DNA from: Bilabrum cf. latius
Lineage: Eukaryota
Direction: 5' to 3'
NCBI GenBank assembly: GCA_965178125.1
Contig: OZ237743.1
Location: forward strand, 372,001 to 436,000
DNA length: 64,000 bases
How positions within the stretch are numbered: the first letter of the stretch is position 1; the number at the start of each line of letters is the position of its first letter. Both the position numbers and the translations under genes were made by a program. The notes beneath the pieces were generated by a model. The model did no database searches, was not told the DNA's origin, and saw only the letters and a program-made list of their open reading frames with translations. Shown here one piece after another: positions 32,913-46,300 of the stretch.

Positions 32913-35324
32913 ATGGAAGGTTTAGTAGCAGAAGTGCGTAGCGCTGGCCTGCAGGCTTTGCGGGACGCAGATGCGGCTACTCGCGAGTCAATCAATCAAG
33001 CCGTGAAAAGCGAGCAAATGGCCCCGCTCTTCGCGACAGACCCGTGCAATGCGCTTGTGCACTATTCCAGTACCAATATGGCGGAAGAGGCAGCGAAACA
33101 CCTCGCCGCAACAGCACTCGCAGCCCTTGGTACGGCTGCGCGCGACCAACTAGCCCCGATTTTTAGGTCGTTCTTCGACAGTGGCACGTCAAACTACGCC
33201 TCAGCGCGCATGACTTGGTGGCTTGCCTTCGGTTTTGCGGGAATGCTTCGTTCGCCTGAGAACGTCGACGTCTTCAGCGTGTGGACGGATGATGGTCTCC
33301 CGAGCCCCGCAGGCGCGGATTCGCCAGCACAAGAGTGCTTGGCATCGCTGTACGCTTCAGACCTGTACTCCAACTTGTTCGTACCTGACATTCCGAGCGG
33401 TCTTACAGCAAAATATCGGGCTGGACTCTTACAGCTGTCGCTGACGGCGCCGTCCGCGATCGAGGCGGCGACACTTGCAGCGGCGCAGACGTCCATTTTC
33501 AACCCGGCTCCCCACCAAGGCGAGCCAGCTCCGGCGGCTCCAGGCATACCGAACTTGCCTCAAGCAGATGCCGCAGCGGGTGGGGTCGGTCAACCCCCGG
33601 CAGGGATCGAGAACGTCGCCCCAGCGGCGGTGGCTGCGGCGGGAGTTGCCGGCGACCAACCTCAGGCGGCAGCACAACAGGGACCAGGGGAAGATCAGGC
33701 TCCGGAAGGGGCAGCAGCAGAAGATGCTGGAGACCCACCGCCCCCCCCGCCTGCATCGGGTGCGGGCATGAGCGCCGACGAGTTGATGCCGGACTCCCCG
33801 GCTGGCAGCCCTCTCGGCTCCGAGTAGCAAAGGGCATCTCTACTCCACTTCCTATAGGTTCACTTGTAGGCTATTACGCAAGGCGACCTCCAGACAGATC
33901 AAGTCGCCGACATTGCCACCGAACTCGGCCTGTTCAAGGGTCTGGGTACTATGGGCACCAACAGCACCGCGACTACGGTGATCTTGCTGTTGCGTCCATT
34001 GCTTCAGCACTGTGGTCACGAAGGCTCAGTGGACTTTTTCAGCGAAGCCCTACATCGGGTCGGAGACCATGTACGCAAGAGGCACAAGCTGCGCGAGGCC
34101 TGCATCTCAGCGGGTTTCCTCGCGGCGTTCAATGAAGTCGACGAGCCGAAAGCCGGCGACTAGCAGCAGCCAGCATCGGGGGCCCAGTCTAAGCCCGCCA
34201 AGATCCCGGCGTTCTCACCTGCCTCGCACGCTACGCGCGAGGAGATCCTCTCGGAACTGCGGAAGACCTCTCCTACAATGATGCAAGCAGCAAAACCGGA
34301 CGCTGCTCTCGCACAATTCGCCCAAACAAGCGCGGCGACCGGCCCAGTGGGAACTCAACTCCTCTCCGCGGCCCTAGGCGAAGAACTTATGGGGCTGCTC
34401 CCGACCGGGCTCCTGGATATTCTGGTGCGTACGCTGGCGAAGTTCTCGGGTAACTTGGTCAGCATCAAGACAACATCGGGGGCGACTGTGCGAGAGTGGA
34501 CCACTAGTTCAACTGTTTCAGCTCAACAGCTAAAATCATCAGCCCCGGCCACGCACACAGTGTTGGACCGAAACATCCGGGCACTTCACCGGGGCACAAC
34601 CGCTGTTCTCCAAGTGGTCAACAAATTGCGGGACCAAGCTGCAGCTGAGGGCCGACTGGCAGTTTCCGACGCACCTGAAGGAGACATTCGAGACCTCGTC
34701 CGGACTACAGTAGAAGTCTACGCTCGAGCAGAAGGCTCCAGCATCACGATGTCGGCCATTCCAGCAAAAGACGCCCAGGCCATCTTGGGACAGCTATAGC
34801 TCTGTCTCTTCAACGCCAACGCAGCGGCCGCATCCCTGCAGTAGCTAAGTGCGACCGTGAGGATCGCACTTAAAGAACGCGTCATGCGTATCATGTTCAC
34901 CGTTAATGTGGCTGCAAGTACTGGATTCTGGATCGACACCAGACATGTGAAGCGTACCGATTTTATCGAGCTGCTCACGGAATTTTCCGATCAGGCAGCA
35001 GCAGCGCTGTTTGGCCCGGACCATGCCCAATGGACTCAGATGTTGTCCTCAGGACAACAGGCGAGTACCAGGGATCATACTCGACGTGGAAATCGCAGCG
35101 CACCAGCCCAAGCGGGACGAGGCCGAGGTCAGGGCCGCGGTCAGGGCCGGGGTCGGGGCGGTAGAGGTCGAGGTCGAGGGCGAGGGCGAGGCCAAGGTCG
35201 CGGAGGCCACGGTCACCAAGCTGCGGACCGCGACTCCGATACCCATTCAGGCCAGCCCGGTGAAAAGCGGTCGCTAGATGACCGGGAAGGTTCCCCGGCG
35301 GCCAAAAAGACGCCCTCGTCCTGA
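32913..35324 (+). CDS. Ngaro-2 ORF1 (gag-like, ~803 aa)
   Basis: Track fragments 32907, 33951, 34278 and 34857 join through TAGs; C-terminal RG-rich tract; ends TGA. Confidence 0.75.
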
Positions 35325-38300
35325 CATGCAGCAGCTGGGCGCGCCAGCCCGGCAACTACAGGAGCCGGGGGCCTTTTGGGGTCTGATGTGATTGCTGGAG
35401 GAGCTGATTCCATCGCACAGGTTATGCATTCCTGGTCCCAATTCCCCACACGAGGCCCCGCTATCAAAGTGCTCTTTGACGCACTACTCGCTATGCCAGC
35501 TCCGCCTGAACAACCTAGGGTTTCAAAACCGGTCTCGCCACCAGAGGTTTCACACCGCCTGTCCGCCGCCCCCTCCCCGGCAGCCAGACGTACGTTGCTG
35601 TCCCAGTTAATCTTCCGGTCGCTCCCTCAAGGTGCGTAGCTGGCCAATACAAAAGATCGTCCCGCGCACAGCCTCTGCCCACTAGCCATGGCATCTACCC
35701 TGGCCTCTGCGGCACGTCAGGCGGCAGCGGCACGCAAGGATCAGCCCCCAGCGTGGGCAAGAGCATCACTACCAGAGGTTGGAGCTCGTGTCGGCTAGCC
35801 TTTTTCCTTCGGCTCATTCTCGGAGATTACTGGCTCAATCAGATAGAAAAATCAGGCGGCCACAGGGGCGGCGGCGCTGGCGGTGGAGACGGCAACTAGC
35901 ATAGAGGGAACTGTGCCGCGCAGATATAGAGAAGCTGATGATGTCGCTGCTGCTGCCGTTGAACAGAATGGCGCGGCCAGCAAGACGGTTGCACTGGGGT
36001 ACGCTGTGCCGCGTGATGCGCCTGAAGAAGCTGATGCTGTCGCTGCTGCTGCCGCTGGGCAGAGTGGCGCGGCCAGCAAGACGGTTGCACCGAGGCACGA
36101 TGTGCCGCGTGATGCGCCTGACGAAGCTGATGCTGTCGCTGCTGCTGCCGTTGGGCAGAGCAGCGCGGCCAGCAAGACGGTTGCTCCGGGGTACGCTGTG
36201 CCGCGTGATGCGCCTGACGAAGCTGATGCTGGCGCTGCTGCTGCCGTTGGGCAGAGCAGCGCGGCCAGCAAGAAGGTTGCTCCGGGGTACGCTGTGCCGC
36301 GTGATGCGCCTGAAGAAGCTGATGCTGTCGCTGCTGCTGCCGTTGGGCAGAGCAGCGCGGCCAGCAAGAAGGTTGATCCGGGGTACGCTGTGCCGCGTGA
36401 TGCGCCTGACGAAGCTGATGCTGTCGCTGCTGCTGCCGTTGGGCAGAGTGGCGCGGCCAGCAAGAAGGTTGCTCCGGGGTACGCTGTGCCGCGTGATGCG
36501 CCTGACGAAGCTGATGCTGTCGCTGCTGCTGCCGTTGGGCAGAGTGGCGCGGCCAGCAAGAAGGTTGCTCCGGGGTACGCTGTGCCGCGTGATGCGCCTG
36601 AAGAAGCTGATGCTGTCGCTGCTGCTGCCGTTGGGCAGAGCAGCGCGGCCAGCAAGAAGGTTGATCCGGGGTACGCTGTGCCGCGTGATGCGCCTGACGA
36701 AGCTGATGCTGTCGCTGCTGCTGCCGTTGGGCAAACTGGCGCGGCCAGCAAGGAGCTCCCGGCTACATCTCCAGGGCTCGAAGTACCGGAGGCCCACTTA
36801 CCGGCACCAGAAGCGAACTCTCACCCTCCCAACCTCCTTCGCACGGAAGATCTTCGCTAGTGTTGGACCACGCACCTCACCAGGTTGAGCTAGATTCGAA
36901 GGGTGGTTCGGGTGCAGGTCAACCCGCACGGCAAGCGACCGGCCCTGCACACGAACATCATTGCCATACATAGACTCCGATGCCCTAGTTGTAAACAACC
37001 CAAGAGCTGTATCGTGCTTTCAGCACTGTAGCAGCTTGTGGAGAAAGGTGTACCGCTTCAAGACTTCATTACCGCCCGACGACCAAGAGCACTAGCACAC
37101 CGATGGACCAGACACGCCCAACCCTCCGATGCTGTCGGTACCATGGTGTCAGACTTGTTGTCAGAAGGTGTAGCTCGCCATGTGCCGGCTGAGGGCCTCA
37201 TTGGGGAACCCCTGCGACATTTCATCGTCACGTCTAAGGACTACATCTTGAGCGAGAGCGGCCTTCGCAAGGAAGAAGCAGGCGACGGTAGGAAGCCACG
37301 GCTTGTCATGGACGGTCGGCCTCTCTCCGCTATATCCCAACGAGCTCCGTTCTCAATGGCGGGCATACATCATTTTGCTGCCAACCTTCAGTCCCGCAGC
37401 CACATGTTCAGCGTGGATATCAGCGCTGCGTACTACCACCTTCGCGTTGACCCTGCAGGCCAATATCTCTGCGCATTTCAGCACGCGGCAGGCCTCGCAG
37501 TGTACATACGGGCCCCTTTTGGCGCATCCATTCTCCCGGCCTGGTTCTAGTTCGTGGCTGCAGAGGTAGCAGCCCAGGCGCTTTGGCTAGCCGGGCTGGT
37601 AACAGCAGTTTTAGAGCCGTATCTGGACGACTTCGCGGGTGCCCACAGGTCAGCTTGGGGCAGCTAGCTTTTATGGCTTTGCACAATCTTGCTGCTACGG
37701 TTAGCGGGATTCGATATAAAGCTAGCAAAAGCGACCCCGCCGACAACAGGCCCCATGCGCCACCTAGGATGCGACCTCGCGACCACACCGACTGTTACAT
37801 GTACGCTGCCACCTGAAAAAGCCAGCCGGCTAGCGGACGCGCTGAATCTAGCATCAGAGGCAATGCACAGACGTTGGAGACTACCACGTCAATTCCTGCG
37901 CCGTCTTGCAGGTCTAGCACAGTCGTACGGGGGATTCGTCGAGGCAGCGCAACCATTCATGAGAGGCATGCACATCGCCGCAGCAGCGAGATAGAAACGC
38001 TTTCTATACGCTGGCGCTTACATGTTCTAGCTGGACCCCTTATGCCGTCGGGATTTCGTGGCATTGACGCAAATTTTCTGTGACGACAAGAAGCAGTTGA
38101 AGGATCAAGGTTCCGCCGTTTTGCGCGGCGCCGGTCGTTCCGGTAGCCGCGAGCCACACATACTGTGGGGAGCTTCGGACGCCTCCGATACACACGCAGC
38201 GTTTCTGCTGTTCGAGCGTACTCTTTACAAGGGAGAATTTCCTCCAGGTTGGACTTCAGGTCAAGGAGAATAGACCCAGGACAATTCCAGCACAGCGCGT

Positions 38301-38690
38301 GAGCTTCTCGCTATCTTCACCGGAGTCCGTTACCTGCTCAACCAGGACAGTACTGCAACAACTATATATTGGTTCTGCGACAGTGCACCAGCTTGCTTAG
38401 CTTGTGCCTCGTGGTCCTCCAGATCCTGGAGAATTGCTACGGTCCTGCAGAATTTGCATACTTTGCTAGATGGCAGGCTGTTTGTCCCAGTTTGGATACG
38501 CCGTAACCATCCGGTTATCGACCTAATTGACGCATTCGGCAAGGCAGACGTGCTCCGTCAGTCCCACGCGGAGACATAGCTTGCGTTTCCTGCTCGACTC
38601 ACATCGTCCAGCTGTGAAGTCTTAGACATCCCCCCTGCAGCCGCCCGCAGCACGGATGAAATCGAAAACCACGAGGGACATATTGGCTAA
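35325..38690 (+). CDS. Ngaro-2 RT/RNase H (same frame as ORF1; first ATG 35424)
   Basis: KPRLVMD, VDISAAYYH, APFGAS, YLDD; RNase H motifs SDAS, RELLAI, FCDS; ends TAA. Confidence 0.87.
35910..36752 (+). repeat. 96-bp coding minisatellite (~8-9 copies, 32 aa each)
   Basis: Unit GYAVPRDAPD/EEADAVAAAAVGQSS/GAASKKVAP. Confidence 0.95.
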
Positions 38691-39939
38691 GACCTACAAA
38701 TAGTTGTACGCATCAAGTTCCGCACCAGCAACCAGAGCTCACCAAGAGTCAGACGAAGCTTCGGCAGCGCGCGCCAGGGATGTTCGGCTAACGCCACCAG
38801 GTTTTAAATTCTCAAAACGATCTACGGCAACGCCCCGAGGTCTCATAGGATTACGTACCCTCCCATCTTTCTTGCTACCCGCCCCGGACGAGCTCTGGGT
38901 CGACATGTGCGCAGGGCGACGCCTTTCGGAAGGTGCACGGATGCTCGCCGCTATTCGCTCGCTCAGCACCATGCGATCATACGAACGCTATGCAGCGTAG
39001 TTCCTGCACTTTACTGAAGCCCATGGGTATCTGGCTTGTCCCCCGATTGCCCCTCGATTTTTAGCTCATCTTGTAACGACTAGAGACTACGTTGGTGGCA
39101 CCCTGCTGAGCGCATGGTGTGGTACTCGGTGGTGCCTACACGCTTTGGGCTGGGAGATCCCCGCTGGGGTTGCTCGAGATTGCAACGATTTGGCTAGAGG
39201 TATTGACTACATTGCCGGCGCGACAGGGGATCGTAAACGTAGGGCCTCCATCATCCCGGCTTCAGTCATCTTCAGAGCAGCGCGCAACACATACGACACG
39301 GGCACCCCACAGGAGATACTAGTTTTTGAAGCTTTCGTGTGGGGCATTTTTGGAGGAACCAGAGTGGCTTCAGAACTCCTTCCAGTCAACCAGCGAGACG
39401 TGCGAAAGGATCGCACTTCATCCGGAGACGTGTTCTCTTTTGCTCCTGTGCGAAAGACAACCGGAGCGCGCGACCGCCCGGCCGACGTGCGCCTTCCAGC
39501 GCAACCAGGAGCCACCATTGACTCCCACCCTTTAGATCCAGGCTTGTGGGCGGCACGCGCTACACCATTCTACGAGGTGGTTATGCGAACTATTGGTCAC
39601 ACATCGGGCCCAGCCAGTCCCAGATTCGTAGCTCCAGACTCGCGAGCTCCCGATCGACGGCTAAGCATCTATCTTTTTCGTAAAACAATGTCAGCACTTC
39701 TGCAGAAGGCAGCTGAACAGGAAGGAGAAGAATTTGACTCTTTTACAGCGCATTCAGTTCGACGCTCTGCCGCCACTCTGTTTGTAGACGCGGAGCTTGA
39801 TCTGAACGCCATTCGGCACCAACTAGGCTGGGCGCCTTCCAGCTCCATGCCATTTTATTACGCTGGTATTGCACGAAAGGCTCGAGATCGGGCAGTGCGC
39901 GCTGCGCTTTCGTCTAAGGTCCAAGGCGTGTCCCTCTAA
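38656..39939 (+). CDS. Tyrosine recombinase (Ngaro-2, ~427 aa)
   Basis: GTRVASEL, HSVRRSAA, LGWAPSSSMPFYY; two in-frame TAGs; ends TAA. Confidence 0.9.
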
Positions 39940-40576
39940 CCCGGAAGTGGGTATGGGCACGCCGTGATGGTGCACACGGAGTCACCCCGGGGCGACGGCT
40001 ACGCCTCGGACGGGACGGCCCCCAGATCCCCAAGATCCAGGGAACCGCGCCCCGGAGTGGCCCGTTTTCACCACTCACTCTGGGTGATACATGCGATTAG
40101 CTTTATCACTCTATGCGCGCGTCTCTATCAACCAGGCCAGGCACCGTACAGAATTGGTAATTCGAAGCGAAGGTTCGCGAAGATAGAGGGTTCTAAACGG
40201 AACTACGGCCGTTGATGCTCAGCTCAGTTGTGAGCAGAGCTATAGAGACGTACTTTGTTTCCCCACCCGCCCAATACACGGCTGCGGGGCTTCACTTTGG
40301 TCTAGTTTATTGCGTGTATTGATTACCCATTGCCCACCCGGGGGACGGCCCCCAGATCCCCAAGATCCAGGGAACCGCGCCCCGGAGTGGCCCGTTTTCA
40401 CCACTCACTCTGGGTGATACATGCGATTAGCTTTATCACTCTATGCGCGCGTCTCTATCAACCAGGCCAGGCACCGTACAGAATCTCCACGATGCAAACG
40501 ATTTGATTCTCCTTCTCAACCGGAAGCACCGAAATCTTTACATTTCTTGCCGCCGCTATCTACAGGCTTTGTTGGC

Positions 40577-42195
40577 ATGGTCGACTTCATGATACAAGAA
40601 TGGCCAAGATCTTATACATACGAGAGCCCGTACAGAAGCATCACCTCGATCGTGAGGCGGTTCGCTGTCTCAAGACATCTTGCTCATTTTACCCGAGAGG
40701 AGCCCGCTGCACCGCATGTCTGTTGAAAGTCAAGTTCCTATCTAAAACTAGAGTGCGCCTTGATTTGTCGCAGTTTTCATCTGACGGCATGCACGAGAGC
40801 CGTAGGGTAGGCAGGAACGATTTTGCTCCCGAGTGCGGATCGCTCCAGCAGTTGCTGAAGGCCATCAGGCAGGGGTACTCCAGCGCCACAATGCCTTCCG
40901 GATCGGGCCTGGGAGGCTTGGAGCAGCTGCTGGCGCTGCTGCCTTCGGATGGCATCCGGTTGAAGTCGCTGCGGCTGGTTGACGAGACGATCGATGTTCC
41001 GACAGCCAGGTTGCTTTGCGAGATGGTATGTTTGGACGTGGAGGGCCATGGCTTGTCTTGCTTGCATCTGAAGGACTGCATATGGAAGCCAGGCGCCATG
41101 GCAGCACTGGCTCCGTCGATGCTGCACTCGGGGAGGTCGAATCGCCTGGAAGCACTCCTATTGCAGAGCACTTCTGGCGAGCAATCGGTGAAAGGAGCCC
41201 CTCAGGATCTGTTCGAGTCGCTCGGGTAGGTGCTAGAAGACTCACGCTGCAGCTTAAATGCGCTGAGTCTGATGGGTATGCTCGGATGGAATCACCGATA
41301 TGGTCCGGTTCAAGGTGTGGACTGGACTTGCATGTATCGGCGCAATGCCTTGGTGGCCAGGGGCATGCTTAGAAACACAAGCATTCGGTATTTGTCGACT
41401 GGGGACTGCATAGTTGACACAGAGCAGCTGGTCGCGTGGGCCGATGCTCTGGCCAAGCATCGCTGGTTGCGGCAGCTTCTTGTGTCGTTTTACCCCGTGT
41501 CGCGTGAAGCCCTCATTGCGGTCGGTGAACCGGTGGCAAAGATCGTGCGTGAGAGCGTGAGCACCAGGCACCTGATGCTGTTCTATGACATGTATGAAAG
41601 ATGGTTGTCGGTGCCACCTCCGTTGGACCTGCTACGAGCTGCCATCAGGCAGAACAGAGCGCTGCTATCGATCTCCATCGGGACTGATGGAGGAGAGTAT
41701 CACCGTAATGAGGATGAACTTTGTGTGGAGCACGACAAGAATCTTGATGCCGTGGTGGCCAATCCCCGGATCGTGTTCTACGACTGGTGCACCATAAATA
41801 TGACGCACTTTAATGATAGCGTGGAAGTAGCCATGGTCCCTCGATTATAGCAGTACCAATCCAGACAGTCCAGGCTGTGGGCCCTGGTACGACATAGGAC
41901 CGCTGCGCAGGCTCACCAGGATGCGAGGCTAGTGTGGCGAGCTGCAGCAGAGGGCAGGCCCCTAGAGTTGGCGAAGCGACTGAGGCTGGGGGTGATGGCA
42001 GGTGGAGCTGAACAAGAGATGCTAGTTTCAGGTAGGCGGCTAAATGCGGTGCAAGCAGCGGAGGCAGGGGAGCACAGTGAGTGCGCTCTGCTAGTGCGCA
42101 GGTCAGTCGCACGAGAGTTGAACCGACGTGCGATTCGTTTTGCCAACGATGACACATCTGAAGAAGTATCCTCATGCAGCTGCATGTTGCTCTGA
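40577..42195 (+). CDS. RNI-like leucine-rich-repeat protein with ankyrin-like C-terminus, copy a (5' end and intron ~40718-40773 uncertain)
   Basis: Repeated LxxLxL motifs (LKSLRL, LSCLHL, LEALLL, LNALSL); C-terminal AAAEG..ELAKRL / AAEAGEHSECALL; joined across TAGs at 41227 and 41848. Confidence 0.65.
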
Positions 42196-43356
42196 GAACT
42201 TATACTACAGATCAGATTTGTTCCTTCAACCACACCCATTGGCTCATGTTTACGGCTGCTGCCGTCCCTTCTGGTTGGCAGCTACCAAAAAGAAACGTCC
42301 TTGCCCACGGTCTCGCGGACCCACTGGGCTTCACCCTGAACGACTGGTTCTTCACCAGTCCACCTGAATGCTATACCAGGTATTCATCTGACACTACGAA
42401 TGTACACACCACTTTCTCAATGCATGTCGACTGGCCTCGTCGCTTCAGGGCTTCTCGTTCCCGTTTAAGGTCCGTGTGCGCCGCACCCTGCATCGCCAGC
42501 TCGACACTATCCTCTCAGCTTACACGTACAGGTCATGGCTGACCTTCCATTCGTCCCGTCTACCCGCCCGCCTATTGGCATCTTCTGCGCGCTGCTGGCC
42601 ATGCAGCCCGCTGCCGCTTGCGTAGCCCTCGTGCCTGGCACCTGAAGCCCCTCTCTCCCGTTGTGTCCTCCCCTTGATACAACAGTCGTCGGCTGTGCTG
42701 GTGTCCCCTCGTGTTCCTCTTTGCCTCACCGGCGCCCACCTTGACTTCCGGAATCATCTCTGGTCTCCATTGCTTCAATCCTGATGTCCTAGTGCATATA
42801 CCAGCGCTTCTGCCGCGTAGCACCCGACTAGGTCGTAATTGAGCACGATTCATGCACACAACCAGAGAGTTGGAGATTTGTAGGTGTGGCCAACATGGTC
42901 TCTGAGATTGAGGTCTCGCGTTGGGCGTAGGACCCGCTCGGGGGGCAGGCACAGGTGCGGCGAAGCGAAGTAGCCAAGGGGCGAGCAGTGCAGGGAGGGT
43001 CGGCAAGGGTCGATAACCAGTGGGGATACCAGACGGGGCGGACATTTGGGTGATAGGGAGGATGCAATGGAGAGACACAGATCGAGCAGATTGAAGTGGA
43101 GCGTGTGGATGAGCGGTGGTCTGTCCTAACATGGTCCGGATCCAGAATGGCTCCAGATGGGATCCGATCGCCCGACCAAGCGCAGATTAAGGAAGTTGAG
43201 AAGTCACATTCAGACTCAAGCGTTGATTTAAGCTGCGTGCTATGCGGGCGCTAAGCGGCAATTTCCCGGAGTTCTTGCTCAACTGTCTCTTGCTAGAACC
43301 ATGGATCCAAGTGAGGTTTAGTAGAAGCAAAGGAATAATCGTACAGCCTTCACGGG

Positions 43357-46300
43357 TTAGGTCGGTCCAACCCCAGCCGGCGGCAGTTTGATGAGTGGGT
43401 CACCGAACCTCGGTCTGCCAGGCACCTCGGTGCTAGTCTGCCACAGTATCTTGATCGCAGTGTCATCGTGTTCAGATACATGCACCCGGATGTACATGGT
43501 GTCAGACACAGGCGACTTCACGAACCACCGCGCCTAGCCATGTGACGTCTTGCATGATCTGTACTTGGACATTGGCAGGCCAGTGGCATCTTCCAATGCT
43601 GCCCAGTGGGCCTGAATTGCAAAGGAAACTGGCCAAGCAGAAGGATCAGTGATACTGGAGCACTGAGGAATCTGCACGTTGATTGAAGCAAACCACCCTT
43701 TCTGCATTCCATCCAGCACCCACGGGCAGTCGTCGTATAGCTCAACGACAGCTGTGAGCTTCGACGCATGAGGTCTGGCTAGCCTGCCAGTGGTCGCAGT
43801 GTAGCAGAGCAAGACGGACACGGTTGTGAATGCTTTTGAACGAAGGCCTGCCGCATTGCACTTCGCCATGCTATTATCCAGAGCCAACGCTGCATTCACA
43901 CTGTGCGCTCGGCTGCCCGCTTCGGCACGAGGAGGTCCGCCTGCTGGACTCCTCAGAGCTGCACGGGCACGACGACCCGTCTGTACAGCCTGAAACATGC
44001 TGTAGCTGAGTTCAATGGCAACAAGCACATTGTGGTCCCGTATGTCTAGCAGCCGTTGGCCAGTGCTACGGGTGGGGGTGTCTGCCAACCTAGGCAGATG
44101 CTCGTCTCCTGGCTGTTCCCTGTCTTTGTGACGGAACTGAGTCTGCAGCTGCAGATGAAAGCCCCGAACTAGCGGGGTATCAGCACCAACACGGACTATC
44201 GCTGCCTTCGGCGCCGTGCCCCTCTTCAGATACATGCGAAGAATTGGTACTGCATCTTGACATCTACTCCCGCCCGCACCGGCGATCTCTTCAAAGCAGC
44301 GGCAATGACAAGTCTTGTATAACGGATGGCAGGCTTGCTGTCCCGTGGCGCGACCACCTGTGATTCGACCACCTGGTGGGCAATGGGAGCATGTCTAAGG
44401 CAACAAGGCGCCACCAGGGAGTCTCCATTGAGCCATTCGATCAACTTCGCCAAGAATCATCTTCTACAAGCCTGTTTGTCGGAGCCTTTCTGAAGCCGGA
44501 GTAGCATCATTCTTTTCCTTTGGAGCGATTGGCCCGTCCAATACAGCATCCAGAGCGTTTGCATCAAGCAAGCCTCGTATTTTGCTTCCGCGAACTCTGA
44601 TAGTCTACATGGCAGATGCCACGATGGTCAGAGCACGCGCAACCTTCGGGGCTGCAAACGAAGTTCCAGCACTGGAATCTCGTTGCCGCACGATGCTTAA
44701 CTCTTCTTGGTCGCATAATCCGCACCAGGCGCAGCGTGGCCCGGGCTGAGGCTACAAAGCAAGCTATGGGATTCCTTCGCCCGACGCAAGAATGTCGACT
44801 CGGTCCCCCCAGTTCGAGAAGTCAGACATAGGAATCCTTGCACGCGCGGCTGGAGGGTGCCCAAGAGCCACCACAGAGCCCACGCATATGGAAAATCTAG
44901 AGTGGCATGGGAGCCACACGCTCTCGCTTGGCCGACCAGGCTCTCGAGGGGTCATCCACGCGCCCCCTCTAAGCCTAATGCCGTCATTACCGGCGGCAGC
45001 AGTTGCTACGAACCCAAGACGCCGTAAGTGACCGAAAAATCTATCCACCTCTTTGATCGCTAGACCATGAGACTGCACTTGCTCGACTATGGAGATCTAC
45101 ACTACCCCAAGCAGGGACTCCTCTCTGTATGCGGACCCACGAGCGGCCCTGGTGACAGCCCGAATCCTCTGAGCCATCCTCTCGATCATTGCCAAGCCCC
45201 ATCCAATAAAAGATGCGCGCCGCTCAGGAGCTGGTGGCCATAGTCTACTCCAGCACGATACAGGTCCAGATGCAGCCGGTAGCTCCAACTGATGGCCACC
45301 GGCAGCCTGGGACCACCCTTTGCTGAGTATCGCGATTGGAACCACGATGGACTGAGTACCCCTCGCTGCTTCTGCTGCCACCATGGTGCCGTGCGTGTCA
45401 GTGATAGTGTGGGGCATGTACGCCTTGTTCTCTCGGCCAGCCGTGTTCCAGAGTCGTCCCTCAACATCTGGCTCCCTAATAGCTGCACCTCGTGCTACTC
45501 GACTCGTGGACCCTGGCTCCACGTGACCGCCCGCAATCGCGAAGATCTCTTCCTCCAGTCCAGTGAAGTCTCGGTTCATACGGAATTCATCGTAGGAGTA
45601 CACGACCGCCATATCCATTACAAAGACGACCTGGTTCTAGCCTAGTCCACGAAGAGAGAAGTCATCACCACCAGCGAGATTCGAGGCACCACCAGCACCA
45701 GCACCAGCACCAGCACCAGCACCAGCACCAGCACCAGCTGTACCACCAGCTGCGGCAGCAGCCTCAGAGCCCAGGCCTGGCCCAGCACTGGCAGTACCAC
45801 GATCACGTCCATAGGGTCCACTCCCATGGTAGAAAGGGTTGTTCACCGACTAGGCAATCGTGGCATCGGTGGCTCTAGTGCCATCACGACCACGGCTCGC
45901 TGCAGCAGCACCACCGGAAGCAGCGCCCCTCCTTGCACTAGATCCAGCACTACCCCTAGCTGCACCCTATTCCCCCTATTCACCCTCAGTGATTGCAGTA
46001 CAAGCCAATGATCCAACTGGATTATGCACGCCCTTAAGTACAGGAACTTGTCCCGCCGTAGATAATCCCGCGGTCTGCAGCAGCACTGTCCCTTCCGCGC
46101 CTCCTTCAGCCAGAAGAGGCGTTGAGTTCGGTCCTGACTGCGTGCTCTCCCTATCAGAGTTGCCGTGCAGCTGCGGCTCTGATACAGTGCCATTTGTACT
46201 CTCGGCCCCAACGGAGCAGTCGCAGCCAGAGCACGACTCCTCGCTGCCGCGCAGACCTGCCAGCTTCACGGGGTGGTCAGGGTAGTGCGCCCGCACCAGC

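Larger units (their letters stand above)
32762..40482 (+). mobile_element. Ngaro-type tyrosine-recombinase retrotransposon 2
   Basis: A1 32762-32870, B1 40012-40152, A2 40153-40261, B2 40342-40482; gag-like, RT/RH and YR ORFs; shared AT dinucleotide at both junctions. Confidence 0.93.

Noticed and set aside
35910-36752. CRISPR-like array
   Set aside because: Head-to-tail coding repeats with no unique spacers and no cas genes; eukaryotic context.
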